In this document: positions 62,701 to 64,000 of the stretch, in pieces
Layout: each line of letters opens with the position of its first letter
How positions within the stretch are numbered: position 1 is the stretch's first letter
DNA from: Pristiophorus japonicus
Lineage: Eukaryota
Length of the DNA: 64,000 nucleotides
Reading direction: 5' to 3'
NCBI RefSeq assembly: GCF_044704955.1
Contig: NC_091995.1
Location: 69,006,001-69,070,000, forward strand
Made by a program: the position numbers and the translations under genes
The notes under the pieces: model-generated
Database searches by the model: none
Seen by the model: only the letters and a program-made list of their open reading frames with translations
Told to the model about the DNA's origin: nothing

Positions 62701-64000
62701 TACATACTGCTCAAGGAACCTGTCCCTTATGCACTCTATGAACTCCTCCTCAAGGCTACCCTGACCAATTTGATTTGTCCAATCAATATGGAGGTTAAAA
62801 TCACCCATGATTATTGCTGTTCCCTTTTTACAAGCCCCCACTATTTCCTGGTTTATGCTCCGAGTTGCTACTGTTAGGGGGCCTATAGACTACGCCCACC
62901 AGTGTTCCCTTATTTCCCCTTATTGTTCCTTATCTCCACCCAAACTGTTTCAACATTCTGATCATTTGAGCCAATATTGTTTCTTGCTGTTGCAGTGATT
63001 CCATCCTTTATCAACAGATCTACCCCACCTCCTTTTCTTTTCTGTCTGTCCTTCGGATTGTCAAATATCCCTGAATATTTAATTCCCAGTCCTGGTCACC
63101 TTGCAACCATGTCTCTGTAATCGCTATCAGATCATCCCCATTTGTATCTATTTGTGCCGTCAACTCATCTATTTGTTACGAATGCTATGTGCATTTAGAC
63201 AAAGTGCCGTTAAATTTGTTTTTTTACCCTTTTTTCCTGCTTGTTTCCCCTCTCCTTCAAACTCACTTTCTTTATTTTTGCTTTCTAATTCCAGCTTTAC
63301 TCCCCTCCCTACTGAATCTATTTTCAGGTTCCCATCCCCCTGCCAAGCTGGTTTAAACCCTCCCCAACAGCACTAGCAAACCCCCCCCCCTCCCCCCCCC
63401 GCGAGGGTATTGGTCCCGGATCTGTTGAGGTGCAACCCGTCCGGCTTGTACAGGTCCCACCTCCTCCAGAAACGGTCCCAACGCCTCAGGAATCTAAAGC
63501 CCTCCCTCCAGCACTATCTCTCCAGCCACACATTCATCAGCTCTATCCTCCTATTTCTGTACTCACTAGCTCGTGGCACCGGGAGTAATCTGGAGATTAC
63601 TACCTTTGATGTCCTGCTTTTTAATCTCTCTCCTAGCTCCCTAAACTCTGCCTGCAGGACCTCATCCCTCTTTCTACCTATTTCATTGGTCGCGATATGG
63701 ACCACGACCTCTGACTGTTCACCCTCTCCCCCCAGAATGCCCTGCAGCTGCTTGGTGACATCCTTGACCCTGACACCATGGAGGCAACATACCATCCTGG
63801 AGTCACGTCTGCGGCCGCAGAAACACCTGTCTGCTCCCTGACTATCGAATCCTCTACCACTATAGTTCTTCCATTCTTCTTCCTCCCTCCCCCGCCCCCC
63901 CCGCAGCTGAGCCACCCATGGTGCCGTGGACTTGGCTCTGACTGCATTCCCCAGAGGCACCGTCGCCTCCACCGGTACTCTGAACAGAACACTGGTTGGA
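59754..64000 (-). mobile_element. CR1 (3' end, RT, endonuclease, then ORF1 to the window end; possibly two joined copies)
   Basis: ORFs 59926..60327, 61438..61650, 62425..62841 and 63514..63972. Confidence 0.9.
60798..61435 (+). mobile_element. Young 5'-truncated CR1 nested in the opposite orientation
   Basis: Open ORF 60829..61335, tail (tttctatg)3, nearly identical to ~17530-18160. Confidence 0.93.

Overview
Vertebrate genomic DNA, inferred from its repeat content to be a cartilaginous fish (shark-like); it is not prokaryotic. Two intact, tandem, + strand housekeeping genes can be assembled from canonical GT-AG exons. TOMM22 has 4 coding exons (1208-13051, 128 aa) and ADSL (adenylosuccinate lyase) has 13 coding exons (18721-56382, 489 aa). 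Most of the rest is nested CR1 LINEs, plus L2, RTE and Penelope fragments, SINEs, a decayed PIF/Harbinger transposon with TIRs and a CAT target duplication, a TA-flanked MITE and many GC-rich minisatellites abutting exons. I found no convincing new multi-gene system. The best leads are the Harbinger/MITE nest in ADSL intron 6, a minisatellite sharing 13 nt with the end of ADSL exon 12 over an Arg-to-Cys change, about 90 donor-like motifs in TOMM22 intron 2, inverted CR1 copies around ADSL exons 2-4, an E-box cluster at the ADSL start and a fold-back inverted repeat upstream of TOMM22. Exon coordinates were read base by base; repeat boundaries are approximate.
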